Source: an uncultured Thermococci archaeon
GTDB lineage: Archaea > CAYQAE01 > CAYVLA01
NCBI GenBank assembly: GCA_964549615.1
Contig: CAZJVP010000051.1
Location: 64,001 to 128,000, forward strand
Length of the DNA stretch: 64,000 nucleotides
Reading direction: 5' to 3'
Shown here: one piece after another, positions 39,542 through 48,285 of the stretch
Layout: the number at the start of each line of letters is the position of its first letter
How positions within the stretch are numbered: position 1 is the stretch's first letter
Notes under the pieces: model-generated
Seen by the model: only the letters and a program-made list of their open reading frames with translations
The model's database searches: none
What the model was told of the DNA's origin: nothing
Made by a program: the position numbers and the translations under genes

Positions 39542-40783
39542 ATGCTGGAGAATCGCCTTCTCCTCATAGCCGTCATCGCTGCGATCGCGGTGGGGCAAGC
39601 ACGCCAGGGTTTGGCTCTGGAGGACCGCCGGATCGGCGTCCTGTACGTGAGCGATCCCATCAGGTCACCCGCCTTCACCTTCATGCGCGCCGAGCCCATC
39701 TTCTCCCTCACCTTCGTGGCCGCCTCCCTGAGGGGCTTCGGGGGCTGGGATCTGGACGACGTCCACAGGGCGATACGGCTCTATTTCCCGCGCATGTACC
39801 AGGATCTGACAAGCCGATTCGATGTCGTGGTCCTTGACAATGCGAACCAGATGGCGATTACGCCTGAGCAGATCGAGCTGTTGGCACGGGGAGTGAGGGA
39901 GGCTGGCATAGGATTGCTCATGACGGGTGGCTGGGAAAGCTTCGGCGGCACGGGGACGGCCCAGCCCTCATGGGGCCCGACCGCGATCGGCGCCCTTCTT
40001 CCCGTCCAGTGCGTCGACGGCACATGGGTCGAATCGGGCAGGCTCGTCATCGACGAGCCGGAGCACGAGTTCGTGGCAAGCATCCCATGGGACCGCAAGG
40101 GCCCATTCATGCAGTCCTTCCACCACAACCTGGTCACCGTCAGGGAGGGGGGACAGTTGCTCGCCCATACCGACCGCAACCGGTATCAACCTGGTGGCGA
40201 CCACCCGCTTTTCATCACGTGGGAGGTGGAAGGGGCAAGGGTCTTCGCGTGCACGGGCGAGATAGTCCAGATGGCATCGATCTTCAGCTACGGCGGCACG
40301 AACTACGACATCTGGGAGTACTACGGGGATTTCATAAGCAACCTGATGATCTACCTCGACAAGCGCCCGGTGCCCCAGGATGTCGATCTCGTCCATGCCG
40401 TGAGGTCGACGGCATTCCAAAGCAGGACCAGGGTCTCCCTGCTCTTGAGCCTCGTTGAGTTCGTCGAGTCCTTCGGGGCGAACGGCCAGGGGGTGATGCG
40501 CTCAGTCGACGAGCTGAACGGGGTCGTCGCCCAGGCCGACGGTGCGTACCTTGACCTCAACTTCGAGGAGGTTCTGGAAATCTATCGCCGGATCGGAACG
40601 ATGCTCGATGACATCGAAAAGCAGGCGCTTGAGCTCAAGGACCGAACGCTTCTCTGGGTCTACCTCGTCGAGTGGCTCGCGGTGACCGGAACCGCTCTGC
40701 TCGCCGGCTTCATCTTGTGGACGACCATGGTCCGGCGGAGATTCTACAAGGAGATGAAGGTCACTAGAATCGCGGCCCTCTAG
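39542..40783 (+). CDS. membrane-anchored GATase1/DUF1355-like protein, paralog 3
   Basis: Signal peptide, LEDRRIGVLY, FDVVVLDNAN, GLLMTGGWESFGG, HHNLV, NLMIYLDKRPVPQD, LKDRTLLWVYLVEW followed by a TM helix and RRRFYKE. Confidence 0.85.
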   Translation: MLENRLLLIAVIAAIAVGQARQGLALEDRRIGVLYVSDPIRSPAFTFMRAEPIFSLTFVAASLRGFGGWDLDDVHRAIRLYFPRMYQDLTSRFDVVVLDNANQMAITPEQIELLARGVREAGIGLLMTGGWESFGGTGTAQPSWGPTAIGALLPVQCVDGTWVESGRLVIDEPEHEFVASIPWDRKGPFMQSFHHNLVTVREGGQLLAHTDRNRYQPGGDHPLFITWEVEGARVFACTGEIVQMASIFSYGGTNYDIWEYYGDFISNLMIYLDKRPVPQDVDLVHAVRSTAFQSRTRVSLLLSLVEFVESFGANGQGVMRSVDELNGVVAQADGAYLDLNFEEVLEIYRRIGTMLDDIEKQALELKDRTLLWVYLVEWLAVTGTALLAGFILWTTMVRRRFYKEMKVTRIAAL

Positions 40784-40931
40784 GTCTGCCACGCCTTCGG
40801 TATGCCCGTGCTGGCTGGGTTTCACGGACCGGCTTTCCGCGCGATCCCATCGATCGTAAAGCACCGAGGGGAACGAGGTCACTATTAAAATGCGTAAGCT
40901 ACCGGTGAGCCCGGCTGAGGCGGCGTCCTGA

Positions 40932-42185
40932 TTGAAGGTTGGCTTTGCCATCAGCGAGATCACACCTCCGTTAGGCATTCCGTTGAGTGGCTACGGGTTC
41001 TTCCGGGATCGTAAGGCGGATGGGGTGTCCGACCCTTTGTACGTCAGGGCCGTGGGCATGGAGGATGAGGAACCTGCTCTGATCTTGGCCTTCGACCTTC
41101 TCGGCCTTGACTCCCTGCTGGTAGCACGCCTGAGGAGGAAGCTGGCCGACATGGCGGGCATCCCGAGGGATCACCTCATGCTGACTTGCACCCACACCCA
41201 CTCCGGCCCCAACGTCATGCCTTTGCGAGGTGAGCCTCGGAGGAGAGGGACATACCTGCGTGATCTTGTCGAGCAGGCGGGGGCGGCTGGGCAGGAGGCA
41301 TTAGACCAGGCACGGACGGTGCGCGGCCTGTCGCGGTTCCGCACGCGCTTTGGGGGCTTCTCATGGAACAGGGCCTTTGCCGATGGCGAGGTCAGCCGGG
41401 AGGTCAGCGGGATGGTTGCGAGGACGTCCGCGCGGACCGTGGTTTTAGTGAACTACGCCTGCCACCCCGTCACCCTGGGCATCAACACGCAGATCTCGGC
41501 TGACTACCCAGGGGCATTCAACCAGATGATGGCCCGGGCCGGGATCTGCTCGCTCTTCCTCACGGGTCCCTGCGGCGACCTAGATCCGGTCGTGAACCGG
41601 GATAGCTGGGGACGCGGTACGAAGGAACTTGCGAATCAGTATGCCAAGCAGCTTTTAAGGGCCACCCTGCGTGGGATTTCCCGCGCCAAGCCCTTTCGGG
41701 TGGACCAGTGTTCCGTCGCCACCGCGAATTTCAGGGCACCATACCGCGTGCCCGGAAGGCGGGAACTGAAAGAGGCATTGGCGAAGGCAAGGCAGGTCAA
41801 GGAGGACCCTGACAAGAAAGCGCTCTTCGAGATCTGCTGGGCGCGGGACGGGCTCAACCTGCTCAGATCTGGCCGTTTCGCCAAGTCGGCAACGCTGTAT
41901 CTTCAGGCGTTCCGCGTGGGGGAGGTTGTGGTGATTGCGCTGCCGGCCGAGGTCTTCTTTGAGTTCGGGGAGGCGATAAGGGCTCCCTTCCCAGAAACTG
42001 AAGTCCTGATCGCCACGAGCGCGAACTCCGTGGTGGGGTACATCCCTTCGGAGAGGGATTTCGAGGCAGGCGGGTACGCCTCGGGCCTTGCATGCAAGTT
42101 CTACAAGAGGTTTCCCTTCGAGCCGGGGATAGGGGTCAAGCTGGTTGACCGATCGATCAAGCTCATTCGATCGCTTCTGCGGTGA
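40932..42185 (+). CDS. neutral/alkaline ceramidase-like amidohydrolase
   Basis: EITPP.G.PLSGY, DPLYVRA, CTHTHSGP, NYACHP, SADYPG, PAEVF.E.G, GYIP. Confidence 0.8.
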   Translation: MKVGFAISEITPPLGIPLSGYGFFRDRKADGVSDPLYVRAVGMEDEEPALILAFDLLGLDSLLVARLRRKLADMAGIPRDHLMLTCTHTHSGPNVMPLRGEPRRRGTYLRDLVEQAGAAGQEALDQARTVRGLSRFRTRFGGFSWNRAFADGEVSREVSGMVARTSARTVVLVNYACHPVTLGINTQISADYPGAFNQMMARAGICSLFLTGPCGDLDPVVNRDSWGRGTKELANQYAKQLLRATLRGISRAKPFRVDQCSVATANFRAPYRVPGRRELKEALAKARQVKEDPDKKALFEICWARDGLNLLRSGRFAKSATLYLQAFRVGEVVVIALPAEVFFEFGEAIRAPFPETEVLIATSANSVVGYIPSERDFEAGGYASGLACKFYKRFPFEPGIGVKLVDRSIKLIRSLLR

Positions 42186-42557
42186 ACCATCTGCCGACCG
42201 AGACACGATGTCATGCGTATCGGGTGGTGGTGCTGAGGCACTGAGCGTGTTGCAGGGCAGCTATCGGTTGCCAGGCCTTCTCTCAACGTGCACTTGGGAT
42301 TCGGAACCCTCCTCGCATTGCAGCCACCTCAGATGCCGGGCCAACCCTCGTCGCGGACCGTGGCAGGAACCGGGTCGACTCAGCGTACGGGGGTCTGGCC
42401 TAAGAACGCGATCATGAGCAGCGTGCTGGGATCGTTGCATTTGTCATCATTAGCTGGGGAAGACCTCGCCACCCTTGCAGACGTGTCTTCTTGGGGGTCA
42501 CGGGGTTTCGTTGTTGCCATGGTCTGGCCGGGCTACTTCTGGACTTGGTGACCTGCT

Positions 42558-43898
42558 TCAGGTCTTCTGTGCATGTAGCTTGGTTGTGTGGACCTCTCTC
42601 CATAGCCTGCGGCGCACCATAACCGACCACAGCACGAAGCCCGTCACCACTGCCGTTGCGGTCACCGTCAACCATTCGATCACATATACCCAGAGGAGGG
42701 CGCGGTCCTTGAGTTCCATGGCGTCTTTCTCTATCTCGCCAAGCGCTTCGTGGGCCTGCTCGTAGGCCTCAACCACATCCTCGAAGCGAAGCTCAAGATA
42801 GGCGGGCAGGGCGTCGAGCGCGATGCGGTTTGCTTCGTCCAACCTCATATTGATCGAGTTCGTGTTTGCGCCGAAGGAGTCGCAGAATTCCAGAAGGCCG
42901 ACCAAGAGCGACTTCCGGGTGCCGAACTCGAACATGCTCTTCCTCACTCGATGGACAAGCTCCACATCCTGGGGCACGGGCCGCCGATCGAGGTAGATCA
43001 TGAGGTTGGCACCGAAGTCCAGGGCGTATTCCCAGGGGTCGCCAGGAGTGCACATGGTGTGCAACTGGTAGGGCTCGGAACTGGGCCCGAAGATCTCGCC
43101 CGTGATCGAGAAGGTTCGGCCCCCGCCCGGCAGATCCCAGGTGACGAAGCCCGGGTCATCCTTGTACCCGGGTCCCTCGACGTGTGCCAGCACCAAGGAT
43201 CCCGGCTTCGCCTTCACCAGGTTGTGGTGGTAGTTGTACATGAAAGGCTGGGTCCTGTCCCATGGCAGGCTGCTCATGAACTCGTGATCGGGCATGTCGA
43301 TGACGAGTGTGTGGACGTTGGCCGGGCGGTGGATGTAGATGTTGCCCGCATCCTCGGTGGGAAGCAGCTGGCCTATGGCCGAGTCGCCCCAGGGCGGCCT
43401 CCCGAACGCGCCGCCGAAGCTCTCCCACCCACCCACCATGACAAGTCCCATGCCGGCCTCCCGCACGCCACGCGCCAGCATCTCGATGTGCGTCGGTGGG
43501 ATCGCTTCCCTGTTTGCGTTGGACAGGATGATGACATCGAAGCGGGATGTCAGGTCCGAAAAGGACCGTGGCATATACAGCCTCACGATCCTGTAGATCT
43601 CGCCCTCACCCTTGGTGGCCTGGATGGGCGCCAGGGCGGCCCAGTCGCGGAGCGTTGCCTGGACGAAGTTGATCGAGAAGAGGGGATCGGACCTCATCCA
43701 CCAGATCGGCGTGGAACGGGCAAGGCAGCCGGCGTAAAGCACCCCTATTCTTCCGTCCTGAAGGGCCGTCGTCGTTGAGAGAGCCGCTTGAAGGGCAAGG
43801 AGCACGGCAGCCGCTAGGGCTGGGCGGCAGCCAAGCTTGTGAGCGAAGCCTGCCTGCAGCGACACAGGGGTCGTGCGGCTGACGGCGGCCATGCTCAC
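42558..43898 (-). CDS. membrane-anchored GATase1/DUF1355-like protein, paralog 4
   Basis: Same motif series (LQDGRIGVLY, FDVIILSNAN, GGWESFGG, HHNLV, DFGANLMIYLDRRPVPQD, LKDRALLWVYVIEW followed by a TM helix). Confidence 0.85.
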   Translation of the reverse strand: MSMAAVSRTTPVSLQAGFAHKLGCRPALAAAVLLALQAALSTTTALQDGRIGVLYAGCLARSTPIWWMRSDPLFSINFVQATLRDWAALAPIQATKGEGEIYRIVRLYMPRSFSDLTSRFDVIILSNANREAIPPTHIEMLARGVREAGMGLVMVGGWESFGGAFGRPPWGDSAIGQLLPTEDAGNIYIHRPANVHTLVIDMPDHEFMSSLPWDRTQPFMYNYHHNLVKAKPGSLVLAHVEGPGYKDDPGFVTWDLPGGGRTFSITGEIFGPSSEPYQLHTMCTPGDPWEYALDFGANLMIYLDRRPVPQDVELVHRVRKSMFEFGTRKSLLVGLLEFCDSFGANTNSINMRLDEANRIALDALPAYLELRFEDVVEAYEQAHEALGEIEKDAMELKDRALLWVYVIEWLTVTATAVVTGFVLWSVMVRRRLWREVHTTKLHAQKT

Positions 43899-44134
43899 CG
43901 GGTTGGGCTTCGGAGTTTTAACGCTTTGCGGTCCTCATTTCACCGGGTTCCTGGTTCCTGGATGTGATGAGCGATGCGCCTTCAAGATGCATGTGGTTCG
44001 ATGGTCTCCAGGCTCTGGTCGGAAACGACGTGACACCCGCTGACAGCTCGCCGCTGGTTTGATGGAGTTTGTCGAAGGATCGAAGACATATTCGGGCGGG
44101 GTTCCGACCTCGGAAGTCCTCGAGGCGCACGGGC

Positions 44135-44206
44135 CTTGGCACGGGTTGACCTCTTGGCACGGGTTGACCTCTTGGCACGGGTTGACCTCTTGGCACGAGT
44201 TGACCC
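44135..44206. repeat. 18-bp tandem repeat, 4 copies
   Basis: CTTGGCACGGGTTGACCT three times exactly, plus CTTGGCACGAGTTGACCC; intergenic. Confidence 0.95.
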
Positions 44207-44450
44207 CATAAACGCAAAGCCAAGCCGGTCCAATCTTCTTCAAGTTGGACGACGCTTTGGCCGGCGATTTCATACTCTTCTTCTGGCAGGGCGTCTACGA
44301 TTTCTTCCGCCTGAGGGTCCCAGAGGCACCAAGCTCAAGGTCGAGGGGATTCGGTGGCCCACGGGTCGGCCAGAGATCAGTCCCGTTCCGCAATTGGCCA
44401 AAATTCTGTTTCTGGGCCGGATATCTCGCACATCAATCCTATTTGAAGCT

Positions 44451-44498
44451 TTTCTAATTATGCATAGAAAGAGTTTTGAGGTCCCTATGTTTTCTATG
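44451..44498 (+). promoter_or_regulatory. AT-rich promoter region with alternating TTTCTA/TAGAAA half-sites
   Basis: TTTCTA (44451-44456), CATAGAAA (44463-44470) and its perfect complement TTTCTATG (44491-44498), upstream of the ATG at 44513. Confidence 0.5.
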
Positions 44499-44512
44499 GT
44501 TGGTTGGAAAAG

Positions 44513-44917
44513 ATGGGGAAAGCCGAGAGGAAGGTGCTGATCAAGTACGACTCGAAGGGGGTGGGCCCGGACTTTTGGCAGAAGCTCTATGGCTACTCCA
44601 AAGGCAAGTACCGTTACCCCGGACTTCTGGACGATGTGCCCGGAGCTGTGAGGATGGCCAAGGGGCTCATTGCGGTTCCGGAGGTGCAGGCGGAGAGGAT
44701 CAAACGCTTCCTAAGAGAACAGGGCGCTACGTTTGAGGAGCAGGGGACGGTGGCACCGGCAATCGAGGCTCCGGGGCTTCTCCGCTGGGATCTCGCCCGG
44801 CACGTCCTTCACGAGAGGCTGGAAGGCTTGGGGGAGGAGATGGACAGATTGGGCCCCTTCATCAAGGCCGTTTCGACAAGGGACGCCCTTGAGGACTTGG
44901 AGAGGTATGGCTACTGA
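44513..44917 (+). CDS. putative antitoxin/partner with a Cas2/VapD-like N-terminal region
   Basis: VLIKYD...FWQKLYGY...YPGLL...GLIAVP...IKRFL...GATF; overlaps the PIN gene. Confidence 0.6.
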   Translation: MGKAERKVLIKYDSKGVGPDFWQKLYGYSKGKYRYPGLLDDVPGAVRMAKGLIAVPEVQAERIKRFLREQGATFEEQGTVAPAIEAPGLLRWDLARHVLHERLEGLGEEMDRLGPFIKAVSTRDALEDLERYGY

Positions 44918-45416
44918 GGTCGTGCTCGATACCAGCTACCTGCTGGCCTGGCACAGGGAGAACGATAGGCTTCATCCCAGGGCCGAGAAGATCCAGGAGA
45001 GCCTTGCGAGGGCAAAGCCGGTTCGCATCATCCTTGATTGCGTTTACTCCGAACTGATCGCCGTCCTGGCTAGAACAAGGGTCAGGGAGGAGGGAAAGGC
45101 ACGGGAATTCCTGGAGGAGGAAAGGAAGCTGAGGCAGGTCTACTGGCCTAGGCTTGTCTGGATGACGTATATTGGAGGTAAAGACCTCATAAAGCGTGCC
45201 CTGGATGTGACGAGGGAGGCCGCCGAGAAATACGGGGTCGGGATCTCGCCCAACGACGCTATGCTCCTGATCTTCTGCCGGGAGAGGCACGTCCCGTTTC
45301 TGGTGAGCTTCGATAGAAGCCTTGGGCAGGTTGAGACGGTTGAGGGTAAGAAGTCGGAGGTCACGGTCGTGGACGATTCCAACAGGGAGGTTTTGCTAAG
45401 GCCAGGGAGTGTATGA
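44907..45416 (+). CDS. vapC: PIN-domain toxin (VapC-like)
   Basis: VVLDTSYL...D.LH.RA, VYSE, SPNDA, LVSFD; GGAGAGGT upstream of the ATG at 44907. Confidence 0.85.
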   Translation: MATEVVLDTSYLLAWHRENDRLHPRAEKIQESLARAKPVRIILDCVYSELIAVLARTRVREEGKAREFLEEERKLRQVYWPRLVWMTYIGGKDLIKRALDVTREAAEKYGVGISPNDAMLLIFCRERHVPFLVSFDRSLGQVETVEGKKSEVTVVDDSNREVLLRPGSV

Positions 45417-45614
45417 CCGGAACCCCGTCGAGCCAGGGAGCGTCCTCGCCGGGCGAAAAAGTCTGGCTCTGCACGAGAGCCGGTTGACTGCCGCCGCGCC
45501 CTTGACGGGAGATCGGGCTCCTTGCCCCTGCTGGCCAGACAGCCCCCAGTAAAGGTTCGGCACCGCAGCGTCCCCTACGATGGCTTCGGTGCACATCCTG
45601 TTACGGTGGGTTCG

Positions 45615-46931
45615 CTATTTCTTCAGAATTGCGGGCTGCGTGGAAAGCGTGAAGGGCTTGCCGTCTCTCTCGAAGTCCGCCTCCCCGAACACGGCAACGT
45701 TCTTGTCGGCGGGCCGCTCGATGGTCACCCGAAGCACGCCCTCTTCGCTCGCCATTTCCACCGGCTCCCATCTCTCCGGGCGGAAGTCCATGCTGTCGGC
45801 CTTGGCAACCCAGGCCCGGCCCCTCTTTGCCTCTTTGGCCTTGATCGTCAGCGTTAGCGTATCTCCCCTGGCCTTCCGCATCCACGAAATCTCTGGCATG
45901 CTGTCGCCTCCCGCCACGGTGCGGAAGAAGGCGCTCAAGGTGTTGAGAACCCTCGTCATGCCCGGCTCAAGGCTGTGGCCGGCGTTGGGCACGTAAAGCA
46001 CATACTTGGGCCCGACTAGGCCATCCCAATATAGGTTCAGGGCATCCGTGGTCCAGTAACGGTCATTTGAGCCGAGGATGATGAGTTTCGGGACGGCGAT
46101 AATCTTCCTGTAGGAGTACGGATCGACCGCCTGCCAAAGCGCCTTTCCCCGCCGGCTACTGAAACTCTCCGTGAGCCCCTTCGAGGAGTAGTCCGAGATC
46201 TGCTCGCTGTAGCTCCCCCACATCTCCAACTGGTGCTTCATCTGTTTGGGCATGTTCAGCACGTCGATCACCGCGGGCGCGATGGCCTTTACTCGCCTAC
46301 CCCCGTCCACCGCCGCCGTCAGCCACGTTGTCCAACCCCTCTTCGACGCGCCGAAGACCACGAAGCCGCATATCTTCTCCTGCCACTCCTGTTTTGCATG
46401 CTCTTGCAGCGCATCCATCGCTCTGAGTGCGCTCTTCACCATCGGGAAGAGCAGCGGCCAGGTCGGGTCGCCGTCCTTCAAGTACTGCTGGAAAGTGTGC
46501 GAAATGATCTCATCCTCAATCATCCCGCCGAAAAGCGGCTGGTTTGGCACGTGGCTGAGCATCGCGACCGGCGCCCCCACCGAACGCGCTAGCCCCATCG
46601 CGAGAACATCTTCTTTCCGCTCCTCGCCCGGCTTCGGTTCTCCTGATCCGCCGCCGATCAGCAGTCCCATCCAACCCGGGAAACTCACCTGGGCCGGTCT
46701 CGCTATCCGCAACAGGTGCTTCCAGGCCATGCCTCGCCACATCTGGGAGGTCAAGACGATGTCGCTCAGCGAGCCGCCCGCAACCTCCTTCGATGGTCCC
46801 TTCTTCCAATCGAAGGTGGGGTCCGGGGCATTCGCGTAATCAAACAGCATCTCCGCAGGCGCCCCGGCAAATCGGGACCCGGCCGTCGTCGTTAGCAGGC
46901 TGCTGAGGGCTAGGGTGAACGGAGAATTCAA
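45615..46931 (-). CDS. PqaA (PhoPQ-activated pathogenicity-related) family alpha/beta hydrolase
   Basis: LTSQ.W, VPNQPL, EDEII, WPLLFPMVKSA.RAMD, GASKRGWTTW, VDPYSY, PNAGH. The start is uncertain. Confidence 0.85.
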   Translation of the reverse strand: MNSPFTLALSSLLTTTAGSRFAGAPAEMLFDYANAPDPTFDWKKGPSKEVAGGSLSDIVLTSQMWRGMAWKHLLRIARPAQVSFPGWMGLLIGGGSGEPKPGEERKEDVLAMGLARSVGAPVAMLSHVPNQPLFGGMIEDEIISHTFQQYLKDGDPTWPLLFPMVKSALRAMDALQEHAKQEWQEKICGFVVFGASKRGWTTWLTAAVDGGRRVKAIAPAVIDVLNMPKQMKHQLEMWGSYSEQISDYSSKGLTESFSSRRGKALWQAVDPYSYRKIIAVPKLIILGSNDRYWTTDALNLYWDGLVGPKYVLYVPNAGHSLEPGMTRVLNTLSAFFRTVAGGDSMPEISWMRKARGDTLTLTIKAKEAKRGRAWVAKADSMDFRPERWEPVEMASEEGVLRVTIERPADKNVAVFGEADFERDGKPFTLSTQPAILKK

Positions 46932-47394
46932 AGTGGTCCTTGGTCCGGCCAGCTTTTCGTGCCCCTTGGACAGACGTGGGCAGGAATGCTTGGCGGGCGA
47001 GACGTGGCTATGGCAGAAGGTCACCTTGCAGAGCCTGTAACGGACCGGCTTGAGGAGCAGCTTGCCGCACTCGAAACGCCCGTGTCCAGTGTTTTCGTCA
47101 GGGGTTGCCCTCCGTTCCATGGTCGGCAGAGGGAATGTCCAGGACTTTTCAATGTAACAGTTCCTCGTCTCGACAAAACGAGATGCATGGTCCAGTGCTC
47201 TCGTCCAGCCTCGTCGGTCTCCGACAGGGTGGACTTTCTGTACCTGGCGACATGTGCCTTTCGCTGTGGTAAGGTCCCCTGAAGAGGGTGGGAATCCAGC
47301 ACAGCCGGCGTGCAGGAATCTACGAACCGGTCAGACAACCCGTCACACAGACCGACAAGAAGGAGCATTCGGTGATCATTCATCTTGGGCCTAG

Positions 47395-47468
47395 AGCCCC
47401 GGGCGGGATTCGGACCCGCGACCTCCTGCTTACCAAGCAGGCGCCATAGCCGACTAAGCCACCGGGGC
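47395..47468 (-). tRNA. tRNA-Thr(GGT), no encoded CCA, with C at position 55
   Basis: GCCCCGG/CCGGGGC acceptor stem, CCTGC-TTGGTAA-GCAGG anticodon arm, GCGGG-TCCGAAT-CCCGC T arm, U73. Confidence 0.9.
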
Positions 47469-48272
47469 ACACCTGGCTATGCCGTCAAGAAGCGTCTTTC
47501 TAAGGGCAAGTGCCAGTTCCAGCCCCCTTCCGGATGCGTCTAAAAACTCTTTTGCCCTGAGCAGCGAATCGCCCTCGACCCGGAAGCGTACATGAGGATA
47601 CTCGATTTCCCATAGTATCAAGTTCTCAGGGGGTGCAGGCTTGAGGGCCAAATGCGTTCGGCCAGCAAGCGCGTCCCGGACTCTGCTCTCCTCAAGACGG
47701 TTTGTGGCGACGAGTTCGATCGCGGAGACGATCTTGCGCACCTGCGCCCAGAGGAATCCTTTGGCTCGGAAGTACAGCCGAGGAGGATTCGTCCTCTCGA
47801 CGTGGATTTCCTCGATCTCCCTGACCGTCGCACGTTGGGAGGGCCGGCTAAACTGGGCGAAGTCATGTTCGCCCAAGAATATTCTGCAGGCGGATTCGAG
47901 TGCCGACACATCAACATGGGGGTTGTGGAAGAGGTAAAGGTAGGTTTTCGACGTCGCATGCGTCCGCGGGCTAAAGCTGTCGGGGACGTCGGCCCACGCC
48001 CAGGCGAAGATGTCACGGGGGAGCTTCGAGTTCAGCCTCTTGACGATCGCCTTTGCCGGGTCCATGGGGCGAAAGGCTACGACCTGGCCCAAGGCGCTGA
48101 CGCCCCGGTCGGTCCTGCCCGCCGAGGCAAACTCCGATTTGCGTGGGTCAAGGATCAATCCGCAGTCCTTCAGTGCACGGATGACGCAGCCCTCAACCGT
48201 CGATCTGTCCGGCTGCCGCTGATAGCCATAGTAGTTCTGACCGACGTAGCCAAACTTCACCGCAACCTTCAT
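47454..48272 (-). CDS. truA: tRNA pseudouridine(38-40) synthase
   Basis: Y.G..YYGYQRQP...TVE, AGRTDRGVSALGQV, GEHDF..F, FLW.QVRKIV, APPENL.L. Confidence 0.92.
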   Translation of the reverse strand: MKVAVKFGYVGQNYYGYQRQPDRSTVEGCVIRALKDCGLILDPRKSEFASAGRTDRGVSALGQVVAFRPMDPAKAIVKRLNSKLPRDIFAWAWADVPDSFSPRTHATSKTYLYLFHNPHVDVSALESACRIFLGEHDFAQFSRPSQRATVREIEEIHVERTNPPRLYFRAKGFLWAQVRKIVSAIELVATNRLEESRVRDALAGRTHLALKPAPPENLILWEIEYPHVRFRVEGDSLLRAKEFLDASGRGLELALALRKTLLDGIARCAPVA

Positions 48273-48285
48273 GGAGGCTCACATT

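Noticed and set aside
44135-44206. Tandem repeat as a CRISPR array or repeat-protein gene
   Set aside because: There are no spacers, and the overlapping short ORFs look spurious.
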